Source of the DNA: Chloroflexota bacterium
GTDB taxonomy: Bacteria; Chloroflexota; UBA11872
Length of the DNA: 64,000 nucleotides
Assembly (NCBI GenBank): GCA_022824865.1
Contig: JAJDZD010000072.1
Coordinates: 70,848-134,847, forward strand
Direction of reading: 5' to 3'
The translations under genes and the position numbers were made by a program. The notes beneath the pieces are model-generated. The model ran no database searches. It was given only the letters and a program-made list of their open reading frames with translations, and had not been told where the DNA came from. Of this stretch, positions 1-10,184 are shown in pieces (position 1 is the first letter of the stretch; every line of letters begins with the position of its first letter).

Positions 1-137
1 ACGGCTGCCGGTTCGCGCTAGATGCATGGCAGGCGGGACACGCGACGAACGCTCATAGGTGCGTGAACGCGTCATAGTAGCGAGACCGACGATCGGCTTC
101 CCTATACTCGTCGCATCCCACCCGCAGGTGAAGCCCC

Positions 138-809
138 ATGGCATCGCGCCGCCGACGTCGCACCCGCCGCCAGACCGGCGGAGGTCAAAGCAGCCCCGCA
201 CGCGACGCCAGCCGCGCATCCGGGACGAAAAAGGCTGAGAAACGCGACCAGCGCAAGGGCAGGCAGGGCGGCCAGCAGAAGGGCGGCCTGGGACGCGGAT
301 TCTGGCTGTACATGATCGCGGTGATGGCCCTGTTCATTCCGCTCAACCTGTACTGCCTGAATCAGGCCAGCCCACCTGGCCCGGGCGAGGAGACCGACCA
401 ACAGGCGGCCACGGTTCTCAATTCCATCAACGACCCGCACGAGCCCTACGCCACGGATCCGCCGACCTCCGGGCCGCACGTGACGCAATTGGCCGCGCAC
501 GGCTACCGGACTGACACCCTGGTGGACGAGATTCAGGTCGCGAATCTTTCGCGCGGCTTCGTGATCGTCCACTTCAAGGACACCGGGTTGGAAGCCGAGA
601 TGCGGCAGCTGGCTGCGGAGTTCGAGGGACACGATGTGATCGTGCAGCCCGACGCCAGCCTGCCGGCCGAGACCGCCGTGGCGTTGACGGCCTGGGGCCG
701 GATCGAGCGCCTGGACGCCTACGACAAGGGCCGCGTCTACAACTTCGTGCGCAATTACGCCGGTCTTGGTCAGCCCGCGGCTTCGCCCCCTGCCGGAGGA
801 GGCGGCTGA
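138..809 (+). CDS. Membrane-anchored hypothetical protein, DUF3105-like
   Basis: 223-aa ORF with AGGTGA RBS at 126-131. Arg/Lys-rich N-terminus followed by one TM helix (FWLYMIAVMALFIPLNLY). Conserved SGPH...AHGY region resembles the DUF3105 family. Confidence 0.45.
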   Translation: MASRRRRRTRRQTGGGQSSPARDASRASGTKKAEKRDQRKGRQGGQQKGGLGRGFWLYMIAVMALFIPLNLYCLNQASPPGPGEETDQQAATVLNSINDPHEPYATDPPTSGPHVTQLAAHGYRTDTLVDEIQVANLSRGFVIVHFKDTGLEAEMRQLAAEFEGHDVIVQPDASLPAETAVALTAWGRIERLDAYDKGRVYNFVRNYAGLGQPAASPPAGGGG

Positions 810-3800
810 TTCACGCGCAACTGCACCGGGCCGAGTAATCCCGAAACCAGGGACTCGGCTTCAATGTTGTCCTCGTGCCAGTAGCGGTGCCATGCGTTCC
901 CCATCTTCGTCTCGTCCCGCTTCCAGCGCATTTCGTTGGCGTAGAGGTTGCTTACGCGAACCCGCAGACTATTGGATCCGGTCTGCACAAACCCGCTGAG
1001 GTCGAAGCGGTAGGGCGGCCATAGTCGCACGTCCACCCGCCGATTGTTGACCAGGACTTCGGCATGATGGCGCACGTCGCCGAGGTCCAGCGTCACCTCC
1101 GAATTCGCTTGCTCGGCCGTGAGCTCAAAGCTGCGCTCATAGATGCCGGTGCCGGAATACCAGCCGTATCCAAAGTCCGCCCACGGTTGCAGGGCAATGG
1201 TCGTTGGCCGCGTGAACAGCTCCAGCGGCGCCAAGATGCCGTTGGAGAAGTCGGCCGCCTCAATCTCGACGGTGAGCGTTCGACCGGTGGTGATGTTGTA
1301 AATGCCCTGGATGTCGGGCGTGCGTTCGCGCACGTCCACGTACACCTTGTGGGTGCCCTTGATGTTGGGGATGCCGATTCCAACGCACCCGGCCGGCAGG
1401 CGCTGTCGGTACACGAGCGTGCGGGGAAATGCGACCGGCTCGCCCAGCAGTGGAATGTGCCGCCACGGCTCGACGGGTGGACGTCCCCGCTCCCAGATCG
1501 CCAACGGAGTGTCGCGCTCAAAGGCCAGGCCTGACCACACCTCGGTTGGCGGGGCCTGCACGTCCCACGATTCATCGGACACGATGACGATGGAGCCACC
1601 CGAGCGCAGATCCACCTGGCCCTCGAACAGGAATGAAATCGGCTGGTCGGACACGCACTCCACGTCGGCGACGATGGTGTTCTGGCCCGGCCTGAGGTAG
1701 GGCATGATGTTGTAGGTGACAGGGCTAGACCAGTCCTCGGACTCGCCGAGTTGGGTGCCGTTCATATACACGGTCACTCGGTCCACACCCACGAATGTGG
1801 CCCATGCCTTGATTGGCGGCTCAGTGATTTCGATCGACCGCCGGAACCGCAGACGCCGGTGCTGGTCACTCTTACGCTTGACGGCCCAGCCCCCGTGCTT
1901 GTGGACGCCAGTGATCCAGCTGGCCCGCCAGTTGCCAATGGTGTCGGCCCCCGCCCGCACTAACCAAGTCTCCGGCCAGTCGGCATCGTCGAATTGCGGA
2001 TCGCGCAACTGCTCCAAGCGGCTCGCCCCCAACGAAAAGCTGGCGACTCGCATGACGGGCAACTCGAACCGTCGAATCGAACCCTGACCAGTCGGGGTCC
2101 CACCGCCCAATGCGAAGGTCCAGTCCGTCTTGAAGTCCAGATCCTTGGTCGGCGTCTTCTTGGGCCGTGAGACCCGACTGCGCGAGGCGCGGACGGACGT
2201 GTCGAACACGACGAAGCGAGCGGTGCGCGGAGGAAGCTCAAGCGTGAAGCGACGCTTCCCGCGCGAGCCGGTCGTCGGCAGCGCGGTGGTCTCACCGGTC
2301 TCCGGGTTCCAGACCTCGGGGCGGCCGGGCACGTCGGTGCTAACCGTGGGCGTTGTGTCCACAGCCGAGCGGTTGACGACCATCAAAACCTCGGCGCCGT
2401 CCAGCCGCCGTGGAACGACAAGCACGTCAGCCTCGCTGTCGACCTTGGTCCCCGGAGCCACGATTTCGGCGACGCACTCAAGCGTCTCTGGAAGTGACTC
2501 GGGGACCCGGAATGTCCGGCCCTTGCCAACAGCCGCGCCCGTGGGCGTGGCTGAGGCCTTCCCAAAGAGCGTTCCAACGGCCCGTGTAATCGAGCGGTGC
2601 TTCCAACCCCCGCTGCTGCTGCCGGAAGGACACTCGCCCACCACAATGAGATCGCCGCCCGAACGCACAAACGCGCCCAGGCGGCGCATTGCCTGTGGGC
2701 TGATGACGGGGGTTGGCGGCATAACCAGGGTCGTGATGGTGAGCGCACCCTGCCGGAGGCGGCCGTTTTCGAGGCGCGCGTTCCCATGGCTAATGAACCG
2801 TTCGTCCACGATCTGCACGTCGATGCTGAGGTCGGTCAGACCGTCGATGAGCCCCTCGTACGCCTCCGCGATTTCCCGCGCTCGCGCGTTGGGCCGGCCG
2901 TCCGCGGTATTGGCGGCAATGCTGGTCCACGGGTACAGCACGCCGACGGTGGTTGCGGATCTGGAATGGCCCACTACCGCCGACAGGCGGGCCACGTAGT
3001 CCGACAGACCCTTGAAGTGAGACCAGTACGGATTCTGGTGGCCAAAACTCGGCGGCCAATCGTCGGCCGCCTCGGCGGTGGCCATGGAGTAGAAGAGCCC
3101 GTGGAGCACCAGCATGTTGACGCCGTAGGCGGCCAGCAAGTTGGCGCCGTGCCGAATCTCGTCCAGCGTGACGCCCCAGCCGGCACCGCCGAAGGCCTCC
3201 GCCATCACGCGCGGCCGCCCCGTCATGGCCGCGACCGACACGGCCGGTTTGACCTCGGCCGCTTGCACGGTTCGCGGTCGGGCGTAGCGGAAGCCGTGGT
3301 GATCGGTGCCCGGGATCGTGAGATGGCGCAGGCCGCGGAAGTAGTCGCCTTGCCGGGTCGGATGGGAGGCCACATGCTCTTCGGTGTGACCCGTCCACTC
3401 CAGGCCGTGGCGTTGGCACCACGCGCTGATCTGCGCGAACCACGCCTCCTCGTACAGCGCGGCCACGGTGTCGTAGAAGTCACAGCGGACCTTGACGGTG
3501 TTGTTCCCACCCCGCAGCACCAGCAGCGGGAGTGAGGTCAGCAGGTCGTACCCCTTGTCCTGCTCGAAGCGCGCCGGCAGATCGTCGGTCCAGGGCAGCG
3601 GCTCCGCCGTGATGTAGGGCTCGTCGAAGAAGACCCCGGGAATACCGTCGCCGAAGGCGGCCTGGTGGCGCTGGGCGTAGCCCTCGTAGGCGATATCGAG
3701 GAAGGCCTTCACCGTTGCCGGCCGCAGGTAGTCGATGCGGTCCTCGATCGTGCGGACGGCGAAGCTGAGGACGCGCCATGTCCCTTCCGGGCACTCCCAG

Positions 3801-4327
3801 GTATTGGCTTTGGTCACGTCCACCAGCGTCTCGGGGTCCAGATCGCCATCCGCGTCAAGCCGGGCGGCCACCTGGACCAGCGGCGTCCCGGTTGGGTAGC
3901 GGCCTTCCAGCCCGATCTCAGCCGGACCTTCGACCTCGTGGATCATGCGCGTCAGCGTCTTGGCGTAGTGCTCGCTGCCCCGGGCCAGGACGGCGGACTC
4001 GGTCTGACCGTTACGGCCGCCGGGCGAACCTGCGGCTCCGCTGGGCCAGGCGTACTCGTCGTAGATCCAGGTCTTGAGGCCGGCGTCGCGACCCTTGCGG
4101 ACGGCAAAGTCAACCGCATCCCACCACCGCTCGCCAAAGTACGGGGTCTGCAGGCTTTCGCGCGCGTGCATGAACACGCCGCCGATGCCCTTGTCCGCGA
4201 ACTCCTTAATCTGTCGACCAAGCTCGGCTTCGTGCAGCCGGCCGTTCCAAAACCAGAGCGCCAGCGGCGCATATTCGGGGTCGGGCTGGCCAAAGGACGT
4301 TCGCAGACGATCAAGTGCTCGGCTCAC
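770..4327 (-). CDS. Large glycoside hydrolase-like protein (1185 aa), family unassigned
   Basis: Long ORF with uniform codon usage. N-terminal LALWFWNG...DEYAWPSG resembles the start of a TIM-barrel glycosidase. C-terminal VLVNNRRVDVRLWPPYRFDLSGFV resembles a GH2-type sugar-binding/galactose-binding-like domain. Confidence 0.55.
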   Translation of the reverse strand: MSRALDRLRTSFGQPDPEYAPLALWFWNGRLHEAELGRQIKEFADKGIGGVFMHARESLQTPYFGERWWDAVDFAVRKGRDAGLKTWIYDEYAWPSGAAGSPGGRNGQTESAVLARGSEHYAKTLTRMIHEVEGPAEIGLEGRYPTGTPLVQVAARLDADGDLDPETLVDVTKANTWECPEGTWRVLSFAVRTIEDRIDYLRPATVKAFLDIAYEGYAQRHQAAFGDGIPGVFFDEPYITAEPLPWTDDLPARFEQDKGYDLLTSLPLLVLRGGNNTVKVRCDFYDTVAALYEEAWFAQISAWCQRHGLEWTGHTEEHVASHPTRQGDYFRGLRHLTIPGTDHHGFRYARPRTVQAAEVKPAVSVAAMTGRPRVMAEAFGGAGWGVTLDEIRHGANLLAAYGVNMLVLHGLFYSMATAEAADDWPPSFGHQNPYWSHFKGLSDYVARLSAVVGHSRSATTVGVLYPWTSIAANTADGRPNARAREIAEAYEGLIDGLTDLSIDVQIVDERFISHGNARLENGRLRQGALTITTLVMPPTPVISPQAMRRLGAFVRSGGDLIVVGECPSGSSSGGWKHRSITRAVGTLFGKASATPTGAAVGKGRTFRVPESLPETLECVAEIVAPGTKVDSEADVLVVPRRLDGAEVLMVVNRSAVDTTPTVSTDVPGRPEVWNPETGETTALPTTGSRGKRRFTLELPPRTARFVVFDTSVRASRSRVSRPKKTPTKDLDFKTDWTFALGGGTPTGQGSIRRFELPVMRVASFSLGASRLEQLRDPQFDDADWPETWLVRAGADTIGNWRASWITGVHKHGGWAVKRKSDQHRRLRFRRSIEITEPPIKAWATFVGVDRVTVYMNGTQLGESEDWSSPVTYNIMPYLRPGQNTIVADVECVSDQPISFLFEGQVDLRSGGSIVIVSDESWDVQAPPTEVWSGLAFERDTPLAIWERGRPPVEPWRHIPLLGEPVAFPRTLVYRQRLPAGCVGIGIPNIKGTHKVYVDVRERTPDIQGIYNITTGRTLTVEIEAADFSNGILAPLELFTRPTTIALQPWADFGYGWYSGTGIYERSFELTAEQANSEVTLDLGDVRHHAEVLVNNRRVDVRLWPPYRFDLSGFVQTGSNSLRVRVSNLYANEMRWKRDETKMGNAWHRYWHEDNIEAESLVSGLLGPVQLRVNQPPPPAGGEAAG

Positions 4328-4600
4328 GGGTGTTCAGTCCTGACGAGGGAGCGCGGACGGCGCGCTTCGGCGGGTCATCGTCAGCGCAGGTGCGTGTTGG
4401 GAGGCGCGACGAGGGGGTTGAAAAATGCGAAGGAAGATCGCGCCGGAGCGGCACGCAAGGCCCATTATAAGAGCCACCTCAAAATTACACCAAATTGCTT
4501 GACATAACTTCAATTTTGACGCGTGCCAGGCCGATCGCTTTCGTTCGCACCGCTGGCCCCGGGCACATGTATCCAGGACCAGCGGCGGCGAAGCGCTTTG

Positions 4601-5689
4601 CTATTCCACCGGCCAACCGTCAGGCGTCTCGTTGGCGTCCAGGGCCGACTGAATGGCAGTGGCCGCGTCAGCCGTAACCCAGCCGGTCCAGATACCGGGG
4701 CTGCTCTTGAGCCACCAGAGGGCCACGTCATTGGTACTCGCGTCCGGGTTATCGCGCTGCCATCGGGCAATCGTCTGGTACACCTCAATGTTGAGATCCC
4801 AGGATCTCAGCATCTCCACGACGTCCGGCGCGCCAGTCAGGACGTCGGGATGTACCGCGATCAGGATTGTCGCGTCCTCGTACCCGCACGCCTTGGTGGT
4901 GAACCAGCATTCGTCGCTGTATGCCGGCTCCTTCAGCCGCACCAGGTCCAGCACCAGCGACGGATCGTTCGTACCCCACTGGTACCCCAGCCACGGCTCG
5001 CGCCGCTCATACGCGCCGTAGAGGTCGGCGTTCGCGGCCGCGCTATCCCCCGGATTGACGATGTGTACGTGATCGGTGAGGCCGTAGGCCTCGATCTGGG
5101 CGGCATTCACCTCTTCACAGGCCCAACCGATCATGCACGAGACAAGGCGCGCCTTGTCTCCGGATTCTGTCGTTTGGAACAACGCCTTGTACTGCTCGTC
5201 CTTGAGGTCCTCAACGCTGTCCAACTCTGGATACTCTTCCTGCAGGTAGGCTGGAATTACAAATGCCGACTGCCAGTCCTTGCCCAGACTTTCGCCAATA
5301 GAAACCACCTCGCCGGCCGTCTGCGCCTCCGCCCAGGCTTCATCCTGGTTTGGCAGCCAGATTTCCATTGTGATGTGGCTGTCGCCGCGGCGCAGGCCCT
5401 GAAACAACGGGAGCGTAGCGCCGAACACTACGTCGGTGGGATATCCGTAGCCCTTTTCAACGATATACTGGGCAATCCGGTTCTGTATCTGGGCGCTGGT
5501 CCAGTTGAGGTCGCTAAAGACGAGGGTCTGTTTCTCTCCGGGCGGCGCCTCGACCGTCTTTTCGACACCCACTTCCTGAGTAGCGGTCTTCTCGACAACC
5601 TGCGTCTCGCCGCACGCGGCTGCCACAACGGCGCCGGCAAAGCCTAGTGTCCCTAAGCGCAACATCCGTCGTCGGCTGATGTATTTCAT
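4601..5689 (-). CDS. proX: Glycine betaine/proline ABC transporter substrate-binding lipoprotein
   Basis: Start at ATG 5689 (MKYISRRRMLRLG, Tat/lipoprotein signal ending AAACGETQVVE), preceded by a GAGGAG RBS. OpuAC/ProX-type fold motifs are present. Last gene of the proVWX cluster. Confidence 0.8.
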   Translation of the reverse strand: MKYISRRRMLRLGTLGFAGAVVAAACGETQVVEKTATQEVGVEKTVEAPPGEKQTLVFSDLNWTSAQIQNRIAQYIVEKGYGYPTDVVFGATLPLFQGLRRGDSHITMEIWLPNQDEAWAEAQTAGEVVSIGESLGKDWQSAFVIPAYLQEEYPELDSVEDLKDEQYKALFQTTESGDKARLVSCMIGWACEEVNAAQIEAYGLTDHVHIVNPGDSAAANADLYGAYERREPWLGYQWGTNDPSLVLDLVRLKEPAYSDECWFTTKACGYEDATILIAVHPDVLTGAPDVVEMLRSWDLNIEVYQTIARWQRDNPDASTNDVALWWLKSSPGIWTGWVTADAATAIQSALDANETPDGWPVE

Positions 5690-5936
5690 GAAATAATCTT
5701 CACTCCTCGAGGGTCGACCTTGTCGGCCACCATCGCACTGAGCTGCCGCAAACATGCCTTGGTGCATCAAGACTACTGCTATGCACAACACTTCTTTGTG
5801 CAACTTGCACAACAGCAACCTGTATGCTCACGCTACCTGACGAACGCATACCTGTCAATGCAGTGGTCGATGTGTCTCTCAAATCGCCGACACAAGTCAT
5901 ATTATCCGCGTAATTACGTCAACTATTCAGCGACAA

Positions 5937-7001
5937 CTACCCTACGGATCTCAGCATTTCCTGCCGGCTGCGCGATACGGCTTGTGTAAGACGATCGATG
6001 ATGATGGCCATGAACACAATGGCCAGCCCGGCAATGGCCCCGTTGCCCGGCTGATTCTTTTGCAGCGCCCGCAGCACGTTGTCGCCCAGGCCGCCGGCGG
6101 CCACCATGCTGGCGATGGTCACCATGGACAACGCCATCAGGGTGGTTTGATTGATCCCCGCCATGATCGTCGGTAGCGCCATCGGGATCTGAACTTTCGC
6201 CAGGATTTGCAGCGGCGATGCGCCGAACGATCGAACAGCCTCGATCGTCTCGCTCGGAACCTGGCGGATTCCCAGGTTCGTCAACCGGATGACGGGTGGA
6301 ATAGCGTAGATGATCGTGGCGAAAATCCCGGCTGGCTTCCCCAGGCCAAAGGCCAGAATGCCCGGCAGAAGATAGACAAAGCTCGGCATGGTCTGCATCG
6401 CATCCAAAATGGGGCGCAGCAGGTTGTCGGCGAGCCGGCTCCGCGAACTCCAAATCCCCAGGGGCAGGCCGATCAACACGGCAGTAACCACGGCCACCAC
6501 CATCAGCGCAATGGTGTCGATCATGTTTTCCCACAGGTCCATGAAGCCCACGAAGAGCAGCGCGGCCGCCGTAAACCCCACGAGCCGCCATCCGCCCGCC
6601 GCAAAGGACAGGAAAGCCAGTCCGGTCACAATCGCCGGCCACGGCACCCATTTCAGTCCGCCCTCAATCTGGACCAATACAATGTCCACGGCTGCGCTGA
6701 GTCCGTCGAACAGCCAGCTGCCGTCCTTCGTGATCCGATCAACCGCATCGTCAATGGCTCCGCTTGTGACTTCGCGCACGGTGCGGTCCAGCGTGAGGGA
6801 ACCGCCGCCCGAGGTCGGGATTTCCGAACTGGACACCGTCGTCGGAAAGCCCATATCCACGCCCCATAGCAGCAAGCTGATCAGCAGCACGACGCCAACC
6901 GTCGCCAGCCCCGCCAGCCAGGCGTAGTGACGCCGGAGCAGGTGGATCGGCTTGTGCGGCGTCGAAGTTCGTTGGTCAGGCGCACGGTCGACTTGTGCCA
7001 T
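5937..7001 (-). CDS. proW: Glycine betaine ABC transporter permease
   Basis: Multi-TM permease carrying the EAA-type ABC permease motif region (IYAIPPVIRLTNLGIRQVP). Lies immediately downstream of the ATPase gene. Confidence 0.85.
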   Translation of the reverse strand: MAQVDRAPDQRTSTPHKPIHLLRRHYAWLAGLATVGVVLLISLLLWGVDMGFPTTVSSSEIPTSGGGSLTLDRTVREVTSGAIDDAVDRITKDGSWLFDGLSAAVDIVLVQIEGGLKWVPWPAIVTGLAFLSFAAGGWRLVGFTAAALLFVGFMDLWENMIDTIALMVVAVVTAVLIGLPLGIWSSRSRLADNLLRPILDAMQTMPSFVYLLPGILAFGLGKPAGIFATIIYAIPPVIRLTNLGIRQVPSETIEAVRSFGASPLQILAKVQIPMALPTIMAGINQTTLMALSMVTIASMVAAGGLGDNVLRALQKNQPGNGAIAGLAIVFMAIIIDRLTQAVSRSRQEMLRSVG

Positions 7002-7003
7002 GT

Positions 7004-8206
7004 TTAAGTCTCCTGCTGGCCTTCAGACATTCCGGTGAGCAGCGCCCCGGACCGAATCTCGCCCAACAACGCTTGCGTGTCGCCAACCACGGCGATCGGA
7101 TGCCGGGAGCGCGCCGCGATTGGGATGATGTCTTCGATCAAGGCGTCAGGAGTCGTTGTGGTTGCTGGATCGACTTCCGCGCCCTCGAGGGTACGCTGCC
7201 TCTCATCGATCAGCTCCATAACTGAGTCCTTCGTCAGTACCCCCCGTAGCGTGAAGTCGCGCGCGATCAGGAACACCGCCTCCAGGCTGTGACTATCCAT
7301 AAGGTGCAACGCCGCGCGCGGTCCCTGCCGTTCGTAAACGACGACTTCAGGCTCCTGCATCATGGCTTTGGCCTGTATGACCTTGGCTCGAGAAACGTCC
7401 TGCACGAATTCAGTCACGTATTCGTCCGATGGCAGCGTTACGATCTCCTCCGGCGAGCCCTCCTGGATGATCTCCCCATCCCGCATCACGGCAATGCGGT
7501 CGCCGATCTTCAGCGCTTCGTTCAGATCGTGCGTAATAAACACGATGGTCTTTTGCAGCTTGGTTTGCAGCGAGATAAGTTCGTCTTGCAGTTCCCTGCG
7601 AATGAGTGGGTCCAGCCCGCTGAACGGCTCATCCATCAGCAGCATGTCGGGATTCACGGCCAGCGCGCGGGCGAGCCCGACGCGCTGCTGCATCCCGCCG
7701 CTCATCTCGCGCGGGCGATAGTTTTCCCAGCCGCCAAGCCCCACGGTTTCAATGCTGTCCGACGCCATTCGATAGCGCGTTTCCTTGTCGAGCCCGCGTA
7801 TCTCAAGCCCAAGGGCAACGTTGTCGAGCACCGAACGATGCGGGAGCAGCCCGTAGTTCTGAAACACCATCGCGATCTTCTGTCGACGGAACTGCATCAG
7901 CTGGTTCGTTGAATACGACAGCACATCCTCACCATCGATCGATATGCTGCCGCGCGTGGGTTCCACGAGCCTGATCAGGGCGCGTACTAGGGTTGACTTG
8001 CCGCTGCCCGAAAGCCCCATGACGACGAAGATCTGTCCCCGCTCCACGCTGAACGACACGTCGCGCAGCGCCACGACAAGTCCAAGCTCGTCCTGAATCT
8101 CGCTTCGAGACTTCGAGCTATAGGCGGGATCCAGGGCGCGCTCCGGCTTGTTGCCGAACACCTTCCAGAGTCCCTGCACGTCAACCTGAGGCGCTGACCG
8201 GTGCAT
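7004..8206 (-). CDS. proV: Glycine betaine ABC transporter ATP-binding protein with C-terminal CBS domains
   Basis: Walker A GLSGSGKST, signature LSGGMQQRVGLARAL, Walker B LLMDEPFSGLD. C-terminal tandem CBS-like region is typical of ProV/OpuAA. Confidence 0.9.
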   Translation of the reverse strand: MHRSAPQVDVQGLWKVFGNKPERALDPAYSSKSRSEIQDELGLVVALRDVSFSVERGQIFVVMGLSGSGKSTLVRALIRLVEPTRGSISIDGEDVLSYSTNQLMQFRRQKIAMVFQNYGLLPHRSVLDNVALGLEIRGLDKETRYRMASDSIETVGLGGWENYRPREMSGGMQQRVGLARALAVNPDMLLMDEPFSGLDPLIRRELQDELISLQTKLQKTIVFITHDLNEALKIGDRIAVMRDGEIIQEGSPEEIVTLPSDEYVTEFVQDVSRAKVIQAKAMMQEPEVVVYERQGPRAALHLMDSHSLEAVFLIARDFTLRGVLTKDSVMELIDERQRTLEGAEVDPATTTTPDALIEDIIPIAARSRHPIAVVGDTQALLGEIRSGALLTGMSEGQQET

Positions 8207-8349
8207 GGTGGCAAGTCCCTCGGTCGTCCTCGTCGGCTACCGGTGCCGGGCGGCTGGCGTCCGCTTGCGCTCGATCACGGCTTCCGTCCGACAAGGAACA
8301 AGACGCTGCCCATACTGCCCGAAGACTCCACGGCTTTCATGCCTCGGTC

Positions 8350-9321
8350 GTGAGTGCCGGCTGCAACCAGGGCCGCGTGACAGAATCCAGCAAAGTCGCC
8401 CTGACCAGACGCAATCGATATGACGATGACGCCTCGCCGACGCCGCGCACGATGACTGCCGGGAAGTCCACTCCGCCCGACGACCGGGCAGTTCGGGCCA
8501 TGGTGGACATGCTGGCCGATCACGATCCGGCCATCCGTGCGCGAGTCGTCGCACATCTCGCGCAGGCCGGCGAGCGAGCGGTGGTCGTGCTGAAGGCGGC
8601 CGAACGCACGACCCCGCATCCGGACCGCATTGAGGAGGCGCTGACGGCGATCCACCGCGAACAAGCGCTGCGAGGGCTCGACCGGTTCCGCTCCGTTGAA
8701 CCGGCCGGAGCGGCTGAAACCGGGGCGCTGCTGGTGGCGCGGGTGCTGGATCCGCGCATCGATGCGGACCAAGTGCTTCGGTTCCTTGACAAGCTTGCGG
8801 AGGCAGCGCCGGGCCCGATGCGGGAGGCCGACCCGGCGCAGGCGCTGCGAACGCTGGCCGTCTACATGTACAGCGTGTGCGGGTTCGACGGCGCTCGCAA
8901 CGACTATCCGAACCCGGCCAACAGCCTGCTGGACCAGGTCGTCACCCGCCGCACCGGGCTGCCCATCACCCTCGGCGTCGTCTACCTGGCCGTGGCTCAG
9001 CGGGTCGGGATTCCCTTGGAAGGCGTGGGCCTGCCGGCGCACTTCGTCCTGCGGCATCCCGACGTTGCCGATCGTTCGTACCTCGACCCGTTCAACCGCG
9101 CCCGGCTACTCAACGAGGACGACTGCGCGGAGATCGTCCAGGCCCACGGCTTCTCGATGGGCCCTGAGCATCTGGCTGCGGTCAGCCCACAGGAAATCGC
9201 CGCGCGCATCTGTCGAAACCTGATCCTGGCCTATCGACGCCGGCGGGATGTCGAGCGCGAGGGTCTGGCCCGCGACGCGCATCGCCGGCTGCGCCCCGGC
9301 CAGGACATGCTGACGGTATGA
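8350..9321 (+). CDS. Transglutaminase-like/SirB1 (YchA) family protein
   Basis: Core NSLLDQVVTRRTGLPITLGVVYLAVAQRVGIPLEGVGLPAHFVLRH matches the UPF0162/SirB1_N transglutaminase-like family. True start is uncertain (alternative Met at about 8452 or 8500). Confidence 0.6.
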   Translation: MSAGCNQGRVTESSKVALTRRNRYDDDASPTPRTMTAGKSTPPDDRAVRAMVDMLADHDPAIRARVVAHLAQAGERAVVVLKAAERTTPHPDRIEEALTAIHREQALRGLDRFRSVEPAGAAETGALLVARVLDPRIDADQVLRFLDKLAEAAPGPMREADPAQALRTLAVYMYSVCGFDGARNDYPNPANSLLDQVVTRRTGLPITLGVVYLAVAQRVGIPLEGVGLPAHFVLRHPDVADRSYLDPFNRARLLNEDDCAEIVQAHGFSMGPEHLAAVSPQEIAARICRNLILAYRRRRDVEREGLARDAHRRLRPGQDMLTV

Positions 9322-9415
9322 GGCCGCCACCCGCCGTTGGCGTAGCAGTGTTCGCGAGAGTCGCCTGAACGAACGGCCGCCGACCCGCGTCGGTTTTCAC
9401 GACTGGCAGCTTGGC

Positions 9416-10132
9416 TTGATCGACGTCCAGCGCGTGTACGCGGCGCTGGACGTGGGTTGCGGCGAAGGGCGGATGACTGCAGCCCTCCGCGCGCGAGCCG
9501 CACCTGGCGCCTGGATTGTGGCCCTGGACGTGCAGCCGGACGCCGTGGCCCTCACGCGGGCACAACACCAGGCGGACGGCTTGCAGGCCAGCATCGCATC
9601 CCTGCCGCTGAGCTCCGGTCAGTTCGAACTCGTGACGGCCGGACACGTGCTGCCGTCCGCGGTGGACATCCCGCGCGCCCTGCGCGAGTTGCGGCGCGTG
9701 CTGTCCCCGGGTGGCGTCTTACTGGCTAGCGCCGACAGCGAATCGTCAGGCCGGCGACTACTGGATTGGCACGTGGAGGCCTGCCGGCGGGCCGGCTTGA
9801 CCGATCAGGCCTCGCGAGCCGCCGCGCCATCGGCCCGCGGCAGATTCACATTGGAAAACGGCGCGCACACGCTGTCGCGTACCTTCGATACGGTGGAAGT
9901 CCATGCCCGAGACGACGTGCTGGCGTTCCCTTCGGTCGACACGCTGCTGCGGCTCTATGCCACCGGGCTGCACCTGCGCGGCGCGCCTGCCTTGAACGAT
10001 CCCGGCGACGCTGACGCGCTGGCGGACAAACTGCGACCGCACCTGCGAAACATCGCGTCCGCCGCCGCCGGACCGGACGGCCGCGTGATCGTGCCTCGCC
10101 GTTCCGGTTGCTTCGTCGCTCGAACGCTCTAG
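9416..10132 (+). CDS. Class I SAM-dependent methyltransferase
   Basis: Motif I LDVGCGEG and motif post-I/II (LSPGGVLLAS) are present. Starts with TTG in the track; the frame is open back to 9314, so the N-terminus may be longer. Confidence 0.6.
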   Translation: MIDVQRVYAALDVGCGEGRMTAALRARAAPGAWIVALDVQPDAVALTRAQHQADGLQASIASLPLSSGQFELVTAGHVLPSAVDIPRALRELRRVLSPGGVLLASADSESSGRRLLDWHVEACRRAGLTDQASRAAAPSARGRFTLENGAHTLSRTFDTVEVHARDDVLAFPSVDTLLRLYATGLHLRGAPALNDPGDADALADKLRPHLRNIASAAAGPDGRVIVPRRSGCFVARTL

Positions 10133-10184
10133 TTGTAGACCTCGCAGGCGCCCGCGTAGGCTCACCCTCAAGGAGGCGTCAATC

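Noticed and set aside
102-632. 176-aa minus-strand ORF at the window start
   Set aside because: Low-complexity sequence antisense to the DUF3105-like gene, which has an RBS and a TM/domain structure.
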